From the IMG/VR virus record IMGVR_UViG_3300032268_000986, positions 248,001 to 312,000 of that record: a DNA stretch of 64,000 nucleotides. The stretch is one strand, 5' to 3'. Made by a program: the position numbers and the translations under genes. Shown in pieces: positions 28,643 through 38,189 of this stretch. The notes beneath the pieces were generated by a model. It saw nothing but the letters and a program-made list of their open reading frames with translations. It had not been told where the DNA came from and made no database searches. Every line of letters begins with the position of its first letter. The first letter of the stretch is position 1.

Positions 28643-29349
28643 AGTCTATCCTTTATACTGGTTTCAAAAAAATAACTGTTTCCAGCAGGTCCGTGATGAC
28701 CCATCCATCCGTATTGTTTAAAATCTGCAGGCTCGTGCTTGTTTAAGTTTGTGCTATAGTATGTATTTTCAAACAGTATGCATCGTTTATGTTCTTGGCA
28801 ATATGGCAACACAAAATCGCTTGGTCCCCATTTGTTTTCAGGATCAAATGGTTTTGACAGATTGACAATGAGATAGTTGGCATTTTTTGAATCTAACCAG
28901 GTTGTTAATAAAAACAAAGTTCTCAATGTTTGTGTCTCTAGCCAGGAGCGATCGCTGTGAATAACTAACTGTTTGTCATTTCCGTAATTGTGCTCAGATA
29001 CCAGTCCATGATGACTAGTTATTTTAAATTTATGGTCATCCCATGTATCAGTGTCAAACTTGTAACCAGTGTATTCAGTGTCTTTGAAATTGTCAAATAT
29101 AGTAATTCTTTCCAAAGGAGGAATACCAATCAAGAATACATCTTTGTCCCAGTTATATTGATCTTGCATGCTGATTAACATATGACATACACTGTCAAGA
29201 CTGTTGCCATCTCTTGAGCAATTCTTAATAGCTGGTATCCCAAGATATTGTGCAGCCAATCCCCAGAAACTTTCTTGTGGGGTTACACAGCGATGTGGAG
29301 TGGTGTAACTATCACCAAAAACCCAAAGATTATTGTATTCTTTTGACAA
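28636..29349 (-). CDS. SGNH/GDSL-like hydrolase or acyltransferase
   Basis: VFGDSYT, NCSRDGNS, GHHGPAGN. Confidence 0.7.
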   Translation of the reverse strand: MSKEYNNLWVFGDSYTTPHRCVTPQESFWGLAAQYLGIPAIKNCSRDGNSLDSVCHMLISMQDQYNWDKDVFLIGIPPLERITIFDNFKDTEYTGYKFDTDTWDDHKFKITSHHGLVSEHNYGNDKQLVIHSDRSWLETQTLRTLFLLTTWLDSKNANYLIVNLSKPFDPENKWGPSDFVLPYCQEHKRCILFENTYYSTNLNKHEPADFKQYGWMGHHGPAGNSYFFETSIKDRLC

Positions 29350-30316
29350 GTTGACGTTTCCTTAACTCAATTTTGATACGGCTGGTTTCCCGAGCCTGCA
29401 TGATAGTTAGCAGTGTGGCCAGGCCACCATATTTCTTCACAGCATCGTTGACATCTTTGACATCATTGCCCCAGTCGGGTATGCTCACAGCCCAACCTAG
29501 ATCCAAGGCACGATCAATCAGTGCAACGCCAGCAGCGTCCTGATCTGGTACCACTGTGACTGTGCGGCCCAGACTGCGAATCAATCTGGCCTGTTGATCA
29601 CTGATGTCATTGTGCATCACAGCCAGGCCCTGTATACTGAGTGCATCAAAGATGCCTTCCATGACCAAGACATGTTGCCAGTTGTCCGGCTGTTGGTCTA
29701 TGCCAAACACATATCCGGGCTGAGTGTTGGATATAAATTTAGGCGCCCTCTGATCCAGCATGCGAGCAGTCCAGCCCACTATCTTTCCATCATGAGTGAA
29801 TGGTATGATCACCTGGGGGCGAATCCAATGTATGCCATCATTCTCTTTCACAGTCAATACTGGAAAGTCGTCAGGCACATGTCGGCTGCGTAGATAATTC
29901 CATTCATAAGTGTGTGCCGGAGTAACTGTTTCGGCTCGTGGAGGGAATTCATCAACTTCATCAAACTCAATACCCTGTAGCGAATTTGACACACGCATGC
30001 GATCATCCAAGATACCGTTGATGTTACGATGTCGCATGCTTTCAAGATTTAGCATGTCAATTTCTCGCTCTGGCACACCCATCCAGCCCAAGAGCCTACG
30101 GGCCTTGAAGCTCAACAAGCGGCCAAGGATAAAGCTGGCAGTGTACCCACAATTGAAGCAGTGATAGCTCCAGTTTTGATCAGTTGTTTTGAGTCCGCCA
30201 CGTTGTCGGGCGTCTCGTGAATTACCATTGTGTTCGCAACACACAGCATCAAAGCTGATCCAGCCCGAAGGAGTGGTCTTTTTTCGGGCAGGCAGATATT
30301 CAAGGATGTCTAGCAT
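29330..30316 (-). CDS. gp61: DNA primase (T4 gp61-like)
   Basis: Zn ribbon (CC...HCFNCG), Toprim VMEGIFDA, PDQD, KDVND. Confidence 0.9.
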   Translation of the reverse strand: MLDILEYLPARKKTTPSGWISFDAVCCEHNGNSRDARQRGGLKTTDQNWSYHCFNCGYTASFILGRLLSFKARRLLGWMGVPEREIDMLNLESMRHRNINGILDDRMRVSNSLQGIEFDEVDEFPPRAETVTPAHTYEWNYLRSRHVPDDFPVLTVKENDGIHWIRPQVIIPFTHDGKIVGWTARMLDQRAPKFISNTQPGYVFGIDQQPDNWQHVLVMEGIFDALSIQGLAVMHNDISDQQARLIRSLGRTVTVVPDQDAAGVALIDRALDLGWAVSIPDWGNDVKDVNDAVKKYGGLATLLTIMQARETSRIKIELRKRQLVKRIQ

Positions 30317-30322
30317 CTAAAC

Positions 30323-30351
30323 ATTGTAACACTGTTGCATGGCAAATGCAA
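30323..30351 (-). promoter_or_regulatory. sigma70-type promoter TTGCAT-N17-TACAAT, 6 nt before primase ATG
   Basis: TTGCAT ttgccatgcaacagtgt TACAAT gtttag ATG. Confidence 0.7.
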
Positions 30352-30353
30352 CG

Positions 30354-31427
30354 TTATCGGTATTGTGCGTTGAGTATTAGGCCGTTTGATATTACCACAG
30401 TGGCTGCTGTACCATTGTTGGCAAACTGCAAGGGCAAGTAGCCTGAGCCACCACGAGTCACCGTGATGCCGCTCACTGTACCACCGGCATTGATAGTGGC
30501 CACTGCTTCGGCACCCACACCATTGCCCAGAATTTGAACATAAGGTGGTGCCACATAGTAATTGCCCAAGTTGTTGAGAGAGATGCCAGTGACCACTCCA
30601 TCACTCACAGTGGCACTGGCTGTGGCACCATAGCCAATGGAGTTGTTGAGAGCCAGTCTCAACAGTGGATAATAGCCCGTGATGTTGATGTAATCACTTT
30701 GTGAAGCATCAAGATATTCCTTGAGTTCACTGACATCTGTCCAAACTGCTTCGTAATTTTCAGCGCCTTGCACCTTGACTGTGCCGGTGTAGTGTACCAG
30801 ATCATACTTGACTGTGGTGAAACTGGATTCGTTGCTTTCCATGAAGCTGGAATAAAATTCAGTCATCTGAATTGAGTTAATGGGCTGTGGGTTCAAGGCC
30901 CAGTCTGGCCAACCAGTGGGTGCTGTGCCCACGTACTGATTTTTACCATATAAGTCTGGAATGGTAACTACTTGGCTGGGGACGAATTCAGGCATGATGG
31001 AATCAACAATGTTGACGTCAGCGCGAGCTCCCGAGTTGGCGTCAACATAGGCAGCTTGAACATAGTTGCCGGCTGTGCGTTCAATGCTGTAACTGGCAGG
31101 TTGTGCAGTGATATTGATGGTGTCAGAGGTATCCAAAACTACCTTGACTCGACCAAGACCGGCGCTAAGTATATCCATGGGCTTGGACACAAGAACTTTG
31201 TCTCCAGCTTGACTGATCACTCGAAACACAAAGGTGCTTCCGGTGATGTTGACGGGCTTTTGATCTTGATTGATAAATTCAAACAACAATACGTTGTCAA
31301 CGCCTTTGTTGATGGTGAGTGTTTTTGCGTACACAGGGTCATACCTCGCAGTGAAATAGCCACCACTGGTGTCAATCAATAAAATTCGGGCAATTTGCTG
31401 ATATAAGTATGCAGTGGTAGAATACAT
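30354..31427 (-). CDS. putative baseplate/tail structural protein (BppU-like N-terminus)
   Basis: F.FINQDQKPVNITG; C-terminal A.A.V..G.V..I.......GY repeats; TAAATA at 31446..31451. Confidence 0.6.
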   Translation of the reverse strand: MYSTTAYLYQQIARILLIDTSGGYFTARYDPVYAKTLTINKGVDNVLLFEFINQDQKPVNITGSTFVFRVISQAGDKVLVSKPMDILSAGLGRVKVVLDTSDTINITAQPASYSIERTAGNYVQAAYVDANSGARADVNIVDSIMPEFVPSQVVTIPDLYGKNQYVGTAPTGWPDWALNPQPINSIQMTEFYSSFMESNESSFTTVKYDLVHYTGTVKVQGAENYEAVWTDVSELKEYLDASQSDYINITGYYPLLRLALNNSIGYGATASATVSDGVVTGISLNNLGNYYVAPPYVQILGNGVGAEAVATINAGGTVSGITVTRGGSGYLPLQFANNGTAATVVISNGLILNAQYR

Positions 31428-31450
31428 GGGATCCTCGATAACAACTATTT

Positions 31451-31825
31451 ATGGGCAGTAGCATCTTTGAAACACTAACGGAAAAATATCCGTTTATAAC
31501 CCTGTGCGTGTACGCCAGTGTGGAATACGTGGGCGTGATACAGAACAGAGACGATGCTGTAACCACCATCTACGACTTTGGCACGGTGGTCACACCTGAA
31601 GATAAACTGCTGTTTCTGGAACTGGCTGCTGTTTGGTGGTGGGAGAGCAATCGCAGCATTCCCATCAACATATTCTTGCGTCAGGACTGGGAACCATTTC
31701 GTTACACTTTGCGCACATTTGTCAACAAGGATCTTGACATACTGCACGGACCCATTTGCAGTCTTAGCGACATTGTGCGCAAGAAAAGCAAACGTAAATC
31801 AATCACCCTGGTGCGCAAGCTCTAA
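31451..31825 (+). CDS. conserved hypothetical protein (WWWESNRSIPINIFL motif)
   Basis: Plus-strand ORF filling the gap between converging/diverging genes. Confidence 0.7.
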   Translation: MGSSIFETLTEKYPFITLCVYASVEYVGVIQNRDDAVTTIYDFGTVVTPEDKLLFLELAAVWWWESNRSIPINIFLRQDWEPFRYTLRTFVNKDLDILHGPICSLSDIVRKKSKRKSITLVRKL

Positions 31826-32382
31826 TCCAGAAGATTCATGTGCAGAGCCACCAAGGCAGCATAACTCACTGCATGTGATTTTTTAAACACAAATCCACGG
31901 CTGGCGTCGCCGTCCCACACCGAATCAAACACTTGATCCCAGGGTCGTCCCTGCAGGTGTGCCTTGCCCGGTCTAATAATTGAAATAAAAGCAGCCATTC
32001 TAGGCACAGAATCTGGTCGCATCTGTTTCAACAAATCTGTGTAGTTGCCCACATGCACCAGTTGTTGTGCCCAGGTGGTGTCAGTCCACAATCGTTTCCA
32101 GTCTGGCGATTGACTCAACAGTTGTTCATAGTGATCAACGTCACGTATCTGCTGGTACACACTCATGTTCAACAGATCAATTTTGAAATATCCACGCTGG
32201 TCAGCCGTCTCATAATCCAAGGCCGCACACTCATTAACAGGATCCCAGGGTATGTCAGTGACGTATATGCCCGAGTTGTGTCGTCGTATTGTGCCGTTGG
32301 ATTCCTGGCTGGCCGCGGTGTGGCGAATCAGTGCCAACACACGACTTCGATCAGGAACGTCGATGTCAATATCTGCGCTCAT
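31822..32382 (-). CDS. dnaE: minimal DNA polymerase III alpha (DnaE, family C)-like catalytic core, 186 aa
   Basis: ADIDID (PDxDxD), RHNSGIY (H..G..I), GYFKIDLL (G..KxD.L), FKKSHAVSY (F.KSH..Y). Confidence 0.8.
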   Translation of the reverse strand: MSADIDIDVPDRSRVLALIRHTAASQESNGTIRRHNSGIYVTDIPWDPVNECAALDYETADQRGYFKIDLLNMSVYQQIRDVDHYEQLLSQSPDWKRLWTDTTWAQQLVHVGNYTDLLKQMRPDSVPRMAAFISIIRPGKAHLQGRPWDQVFDSVWDGDASRGFVFKKSHAVSYAALVALHMNLLD

Positions 32383-32726
32383 TTTACATCACACAATGCC
32401 ACAGCAATACGCACAGCATCCTCTGCACGATCTCTAGCCAGCAAGGCATCTGCCACAGTGGGATGTTTTTTTGCCAACTCATTCATCTTCTTTTCTTCTT
32501 CCATTTTCTGTCGTACCCACTGAATGGCTTCTTGAGTTACACCGTCAAGTTCAATCTGTGGTATACTTGCACTCAACATCAACCATGAACTGCCGTCATA
32601 CACTTCCATGCTTGATCCATTGCATCGAACCATACCTGCACTAGGGCGGCTCATGTCAACATAAGGTGTACTGTAACTGTTGCCGGCAATGTGTATGCCC
32701 AGACCTTGTGTGATGTTTCTAATCAT
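32379..32726 (-). CDS. hypothetical protein (115 aa)
   Basis: ORF coupled to the mini-DnaE start. Confidence 0.7.
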   Translation of the reverse strand: MIRNITQGLGIHIAGNSYSTPYVDMSRPSAGMVRCNGSSMEVYDGSSWLMLSASIPQIELDGVTQEAIQWVRQKMEEEKKMNELAKKHPTVADALLARDRAEDAVRIAVALCDVK

Positions 32727-32727
32727 G

Positions 32728-33402
32728 TCACCATCCTGCTTTCTTTAAAAGATCCTTGGTCCATTCCTGGTCGGCCATGTAGTTGCGAAACTTGGTTTGC
32801 CAGCGATCTGAGTCAATGTAAGGCCAGATCATGGCAATTTGTTCTGAATTGAGTTGGCTTAGAAACTCTTGGCCGGACTCTGAATTGTAAATGCACCAAG
32901 CACTGAGTCTACCAGCCACTATGTCATGACACAGGGCATTGTGGTTGCCATATCTCAACATGTCGTGACTGGGATGTGTGGTGTGTTCTTGCCAGGCCAA
33001 GCTGAGGTTCAGAGCACGTTCCAATGCATCTTGTGGTGCTTCCAGCAACAGATAATCCAACAAGTATTCAGTGTACAACTTGTCACTGCACCAGTTGTCA
33101 ATTTTTTTCTGTGCTCGCAACAACCATATCAAAAATTGCGAGGGATTGATCACTCGGGTGTTAACACAGTATCTTCCCCATTTCACAAATGCTCGATAGT
33201 AGGGCGAGTCCGCAAAGTCTTCAAACGTTTTGTTACGAGCCGATCCCTGCATGGTTTCATAAAACTTTACATAGGCCTGGAACCCCAAGCGAACACCTGC
33301 TTCGTGCTGTTCCAGTCGGCGTCGTTTGGGTTCACACATGTGAACAGCAACCGAACTTTCTTTAAAAAATTCTTTTTTGCAAAACTCACACGTATAATTC
33401 AT
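32728..33402 (-). CDS. hypothetical protein with N-terminal zinc finger
   Basis: YTCEFCKKEF......VHMC. Confidence 0.7.
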   Translation of the reverse strand: MNYTCEFCKKEFFKESSVAVHMCEPKRRRLEQHEAGVRLGFQAYVKFYETMQGSARNKTFEDFADSPYYRAFVKWGRYCVNTRVINPSQFLIWLLRAQKKIDNWCSDKLYTEYLLDYLLLEAPQDALERALNLSLAWQEHTTHPSHDMLRYGNHNALCHDIVAGRLSAWCIYNSESGQEFLSQLNSEQIAMIWPYIDSDRWQTKFRNYMADQEWTKDLLKKAGW

Positions 33403-34121
33403 TCTAGTATTGTATTACGTTTGATATAGTCTGTCAAGTATTCATTGACCCGGCCATGATGTCCAGGTCTACGATGGCGAAACTCCGGTGGGGGAGGAGG
33501 ATCATTGCGTATGGCCGATTGTGGTACGCCTTGTTGATGTTGCCAGTGAACAGCCGGCCAACGATACCGATCAACAAACAGCACGGGGTCACCAAAAATG
33601 TCCAATCGAGGATCTTCCAGATGCTGCAACATTTCTTGTTCGGGTTGATCGCTTATCTGCCGAAACACCAACAATCGATGTCCGTACGGTTCTAACAACA
33701 GCCTCAACGACAACAATTGATAACTCAAATGTTCCAGCATGTCCAACATACCATACACATGAGCGTCAAAATTTAGATCCGCCCATTCATGAGTTTTTTC
33801 CTGCGTCCAAGGACCTAGATATTTTTCTTGATGTCTTGATTGTGGATTGATCCAGGTGCCTTCAAATTTATCATCAGACGGGGACACTGGTATTTCCCAA
33901 CGATTCATAAAGCTCATGCCCAGCAAGTAAAACGACGGTCGGCGATTGTTCTGATGTGCATGCTTGGCAGTGGTTCTTATGATTCTTGAATTGCAACTAC
34001 CCCCCAGGGCCAGATTTTCACATGATTGCATGCCCAGACGATCAACTAGGTCATGAGCCCCGCCACCACTGGCATACACATCCATGTAACTGCATCCATT
34101 GACTACCAAATGCTTTATCAT
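33399..34121 (-). CDS. SGNH/GDSL-like protein
   Basis: VNGCSYM, NLALGGSCN.RI, C-terminal His motif HRRPGHH. Confidence 0.65.
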   Translation of the reverse strand: MIKHLVVNGCSYMDVYASGGGAHDLVDRLGMQSCENLALGGSCNSRIIRTTAKHAHQNNRRPSFYLLGMSFMNRWEIPVSPSDDKFEGTWINPQSRHQEKYLGPWTQEKTHEWADLNFDAHVYGMLDMLEHLSYQLLSLRLLLEPYGHRLLVFRQISDQPEQEMLQHLEDPRLDIFGDPVLFVDRYRWPAVHWQHQQGVPQSAIRNDPPPPPEFRHRRPGHHGRVNEYLTDYIKRNTILE

Positions 34122-34561
34122 TTGACATCTCGTCCCAATTGTCGATCGTGATCGTCCAGGTCTTTGGTAGAAACCACAGTCATCATGACATCCAGTTCGT
34201 CATCTCGATAAGTGGGATACAACTCCTGTAGACGCTTTCGTTTGGCACCGGCTCCGGCTTCTTTTTTCTTGGGCGCAACCCAGTTGTGCTTCATTGCCCC
34301 CAAGCCCGGGCTCACGGCAGTGGCACACAACCACTGCAATTTGGGGTGCCGGCCAATTGTGAAGAAGTGTTTGTTCAAGTAGTGGTTACAACTTTGCACA
34401 TAGTACTCTTGCAACTCCTGAGCACCGTCCACACAACTACCCCAACGGATCATGAGAAAAGTACTGAACTTCTTGAGCTCTTCTGTGGTAAGACTGTTGT
34501 AGAACTCTCGGTTCTTGACGTCCAGTTGACGCATCTCGTTGTGTATTGATAGCTTATCCAT
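34118..34561 (-). CDS. probable clamp-loader small subunit (T4 gp62-like); start probably MDKLS at 34561
   Basis: Size, position in the replication module, F.MIRW.S...N..LN.H...HPKLQW...W.APKK pattern. Confidence 0.55.
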   Translation of the reverse strand: MDKLSIHNEMRQLDVKNREFYNSLTTEELKKFSTFLMIRWGSCVDGAQELQEYYVQSCNHYLNKHFFTIGRHPKLQWLCATAVSPGLGAMKHNWVAPKKKEAGAGAKRKRLQELYPTYRDDELDVMMTVVSTKDLDDHDRQLGRDVK

Positions 34562-35612
34562 ACTTGAAAATTTTCCTATAGACCTGTTGTTGGACTGGCA
34601 AATGTTGAAACCATCCCTCACCCCGGGTGTGATCCATCATGAGCTGGCGTGCTGTGAACTTCCACCAGGCCTGAGTATTGTCCACTGTGCGCAGTACATC
34701 AATAGCTCGATCAATGTTGACATGCCGATGTGGTGCTGTTTCCAACTTGGCAATCAAATTGTCTCGAAATTCCCAGGGAATCAAGCCCAGTCCCTCTGCA
34801 CCATCAGGATTGGCCAATACTGGTTGGAACGCATGTTCCGTGACCTGTTGCTGTGAAAGATAGTCAAACAATTGATCTATCCACCAAACATTAATGGCAC
34901 TGATCACTGGTGCATAGGATAATTGTACATAAGATTGTGATTTACACCAAGCAATATTTTCTTCAATTTGACTCCATTTGGTGCCACTGCGAACTATTTC
35001 GGCAATCTCTCCCACGGCATCAATGCTGGCATTGACATTGATATACTTGAACTTGGACCAGTAGTCTTTCACGTGTTTGTTCTTGTAGCCCAACACAGTC
35101 ATATTGGTGCTGTACATCACACGAGGTTGCACCCGAGCTGCAATCAATTTTTCCAACAGCTGATAGTGCTGTGGATTCAGCAGTGGTTCACCGCCGGCAA
35201 AATACACCTGTTGACAATGACTCAAGTCAATGTCGCCCAATTCAACTTCTTCGTGTAAATGAATCACCTGTTGACCCAGTTCACTGGCCCAGCTGGTGCT
35301 GAATCCTGGACCACAACTGCGACATTTCAAATTGCAGAGATTGTTGTTTCTAAAATCCAAGAAGTGAACCTGCAAGTTGGTCAAGTCAGTGGGATAGTGC
35401 TGAAACATCTTACGCCAGCCTTCTCGCTCAGGTGGGCATGAGTTCATGCACTCCTGAGGAATTTCACCTCGCAAAAAAGCACCGCCTACTACGTCACGAA
35501 CCTGTTCAGGACTGTCAAAGTGATCGCCGCCCCAGCTGCAACAGGGTGTGAACTTGCCGCCAGGCATGTAGGTGACTGCGGTCCATGGAGCCTTGCAATA
35601 GATTTCACTCAT
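34554..35612 (-). CDS. radical SAM enzyme with N-terminal twitch-like Cys cluster
   Basis: CKAPW...PCC, CNLKCRSC, AGGEPL, YSTN.T, ASIDAVG..AEIVRSG. Confidence 0.9.
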   Translation of the reverse strand: MSEIYCKAPWTAVTYMPGGKFTPCCSWGGDHFDSPEQVRDVVGGAFLRGEIPQECMNSCPPEREGWRKMFQHYPTDLTNLQVHFLDFRNNNLCNLKCRSCGPGFSTSWASELGQQVIHLHEEVELGDIDLSHCQQVYFAGGEPLLNPQHYQLLEKLIAARVQPRVMYSTNMTVLGYKNKHVKDYWSKFKYINVNASIDAVGEIAEIVRSGTKWSQIEENIAWCKSQSYVQLSYAPVISAINVWWIDQLFDYLSQQQVTEHAFQPVLANPDGAEGLGLIPWEFRDNLIAKLETAPHRHVNIDRAIDVLRTVDNTQAWWKFTARQLMMDHTRGEGWFQHLPVQQQVYRKIFKYG

Positions 35613-35856
35613 GTGTTTTCCTCAAATTATACAGCACAAACAACTTGTCCAGCAACTCTTTCATGTCGGGATGTTGTTCACACATGACCAAGACATCATT
35701 GATTTGATTCATCATGCGTCTGGTGGGTTCACTCACCGTGGATGAGTTCTGCTCAATGCCAATTAATCTGCGTTTGGTCTGACCAAATTCACGTGCATAG
35801 ATTCTGTTGTCCACACGTTCATAAATGTAAGTGGCTCCGGGGGTCAAGGTTCCCAT
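35605..35856 (-). CDS. hypothetical protein (83 aa)
   Basis: L.PGATYIYER....IYARE motif; coupled ORF. Confidence 0.7.
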   Translation of the reverse strand: MGTLTPGATYIYERVDNRIYAREFGQTKRRLIGIEQNSSTVSEPTRRMMNQINDVLVMCEQHPDMKELLDKLFVLYNLRKTHE

Positions 35857-35857
35857 G

Positions 35858-36358
35858 TCACCAGGCCTTGTTGTAATCCACTATCTCACAGTTACGACTT
35901 ACGTCCTTGGCAAAATAAATGCAGTCAGGATCAGGATCATCAGTGAGGGGTACGGCCAACAATTGTCCGTTCTTGAGCTTGGGTGCATACCATACCACTT
36001 CATGATATACATCCAAGATTTCAATGTCGGGAAAACTGGGTCTAAAACTGCTGAGTGGGTTGAATTGAAACACTCGGAATCCACGATCGTTGATTGATGT
36101 CAAGGGCAGCATTTCCAGGTCGCCAATTTCGGGCTCCCCAATCAAGATTTGCCAGTCCATAGGCATTTTGATCACATTGTCTCCAATGCGCAGTACTAGA
36201 GCAGGACTGTTAAAACTCTCTAGAAATATCAAAGGAATGTAAAAATAATCTGGGTTGTTGGGATCTGAGTTGTCTAGTATTGCAAACCTCATGTCATCGA
36301 TTTCATCCGGAAGATGGTCTAGATCAAAGTGCGTGTTTTCTAATGTTAATATTCTCAT
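35858..36358 (-). CDS. conserved hypothetical protein, possibly degenerate Hint fold
   Basis: Beta-rich; segments resembling intein blocks B and F but no catalytic termini. Confidence 0.4.
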   Translation of the reverse strand: MRILTLENTHFDLDHLPDEIDDMRFAILDNSDPNNPDYFYIPLIFLESFNSPALVLRIGDNVIKMPMDWQILIGEPEIGDLEMLPLTSINDRGFRVFQFNPLSSFRPSFPDIEILDVYHEVVWYAPKLKNGQLLAVPLTDDPDPDCIYFAKDVSRNCEIVDYNKAW

Positions 36359-36364
36359 GGTTCT

Positions 36365-37834
36365 TTACTTGATGATCATCCATTCCAGTTTTTCCTGGGT
36401 GAATGGATAATTTGCTTCGCGATAAAACTGCTTGCGCTTGGTAAGATGTCGCTTGGCAAATTTGCATGTAGAGGTGATGTCCCAGATCTCCACATGGTCT
36501 TTGTCTTCGGCCTTTCTAATGCCTCGTCCAATACTTTGTATAACTCTAACAAAACTCTTGCCAGGTTCTACCAGTACTAGATTAAAGATACGGGGTATAT
36601 TGATGCCCACAGCAGCCACGCCGTATGTGGCCACAATGATTTTGTCTGTTGCATCGGCCACTGCATCGTATTCGGCCTGGCGCTTGGTTCCCTTGGTGGC
36701 GCCTGACACAAACACCGCCCGGTCGCCCAGCCGCTCGACCAGTTGACGACCGCATTCAGTTCGATCAACCAAGACCAGGGTGTTGCCAGTTTCATTCACT
36801 CGAGTGACCAAGGCCGCCATGGTGTCCAAGCGCCCGGACTCTTCCAACAAGTATTTGAGTTCGCTTTGATAGTCTTTGTACTCCACATGGTCAACCAACT
36901 GTACAATGTTCACATGACAGTTGGCCAGTACACCACGATCCTGTAGCTCACTTGCAGCCAGGCGGCTCACCACTGGTCCTAAACTTACCAACAATGCCTG
37001 ACTTTCAAACTTTTCCTTGGGCACAGTTCCAGTCAACCCCCAACGAATCGGCACTCTTGACAACACCCCGGCCAACAAGGTCTTGAGCGCATCAGCCTTG
37101 GCCATGTGTACTTCGTCTACAATTACACAGCAAACATCCTCAATAAAGTCATGTATGGTAAAGTTGGCTAAACCGCTTTGTGTGGTTTTCATCAAGTTGT
37201 TGAGACTCTGCCAGGTACAGATGGTGTGCTTTTTGCCCAGGTCTTTGCGGTCGCCAAAGTAAACACCCACGTCTAGCCCCAAGTTCACGTAGTCTTTCTC
37301 AGTCTGTGTCACAAGGCTTTTGTTGGGCACAATCACAAGACTGCGGCCATAGGGCTCAATGCTGGCACTCATGGCCGCTGTCATTAGGGTTTTGCCGGCG
37401 CCTGTGGCCACTTCCTGAATGCACTGTGGGTTCTCTAAGAAGTTGTTGATGATTTCAATTTGATAATCACGCAACATCACAGGCTCACCGGCTGCTGGGT
37501 GTCCTGGGGGCCAGGTCTTGTGTGAGAACGAGTGTTCCTCAAACGGAGAGAACTCAAATTGTATGGAATAATCTCTCTGATCATCCAGCTCAATGTCATA
37601 ACCATAGTGTTCTAGAATAGGCACAACCTCGGGCAGTAAGTTCACATAGGTTGATCCGCCCAATTGAAAATATGCTACCTTGCCATCCCAGCGGCCTAGC
37701 CTCACAGCCGGCAGATATCGTGCAGCCGGATTCTCATACTTGAATGTGTTCACTAGCTTTTTGCGAACGTCAAGGTCAAGTCCTTCGACTTTGATATTGA
37801 CTTCGTCTCGAATAATTATGGTTGCAGTTTTCAT
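36365..37834 (-). CDS. uvsW: UvsW-like SF2 DNA helicase
   Basis: LRDYQ, ATGAGKT, IVDEVH, GLTGT, ATYGVAAVGINIP, QSIGRGIR. Confidence 0.93.
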   Translation of the reverse strand: MKTATIIIRDEVNIKVEGLDLDVRKKLVNTFKYENPAARYLPAVRLGRWDGKVAYFQLGGSTYVNLLPEVVPILEHYGYDIELDDQRDYSIQFEFSPFEEHSFSHKTWPPGHPAAGEPVMLRDYQIEIINNFLENPQCIQEVATGAGKTLMTAAMSASIEPYGRSLVIVPNKSLVTQTEKDYVNLGLDVGVYFGDRKDLGKKHTICTWQSLNNLMKTTQSGLANFTIHDFIEDVCCVIVDEVHMAKADALKTLLAGVLSRVPIRWGLTGTVPKEKFESQALLVSLGPVVSRLAASELQDRGVLANCHVNIVQLVDHVEYKDYQSELKYLLEESGRLDTMAALVTRVNETGNTLVLVDRTECGRQLVERLGDRAVFVSGATKGTKRQAEYDAVADATDKIIVATYGVAAVGINIPRIFNLVLVEPGKSFVRVIQSIGRGIRKAEDKDHVEIWDITSTCKFAKRHLTKRKQFYREANYPFTQEKLEWMIIK

Positions 37835-37841
37835 TACTGCA

Positions 37842-37870
37842 ATTATATATTAGTCAATTGCAAAAGTCAA
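37842..37870 (-). promoter_or_regulatory. sigma70-type promoter TTGACT-N17-TATAAT, 7 nt before uvsW ATG
   Basis: TTGACT tttgcaattgactaata TATAAT tgcagta ATG. Confidence 0.8.
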
Positions 37871-37880
37871 ATTATCTGAC

Positions 37881-37911
37881 AAAAAAACAGGCACCTTTTT
37901 AGGGGTGCCTG
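37881..37911 (-). terminator. Rho-independent terminator
   Basis: CAGGCACC/GGTGCCTG stem followed by a T7 run on the minus strand. Confidence 0.85.
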
Positions 37912-37964
37912 CTGTAAAGCCTGGGCCGGAGCCAACCGTTTTTGCCCAGGAAAACTTTAAAGTC

Positions 37965-38189
37965 TCATTCTTTTGTGCTGACTGTGGTCTTGAACAAAAA
38001 GCCACACAATATTGTCAAGCCCCAGGCCTGCAACCAGCTGACTTCGCCAACACCTGCCACAGCACCCACCAAGCACCCGTTCCACAACATGTACACAGGC
38101 CAACTCAGCAAGAAACTGATCAATACCAAGGTTGCTAGACCCAACACAACTGCACCAACAATCACTGCAATTTTTTCCATTTTAGGCAC
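37965..38189 (-). CDS. small membrane protein with two TM helices
   Basis: Two hydrophobic stretches. Confidence 0.7.
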   Translation of the reverse strand: MPKMEKIAVIVGAVVLGLATLVLISFLLSWPVYMLWNGCLVGAVAGVGEVSWLQAWGLTILCGFLFKTTVSTKE

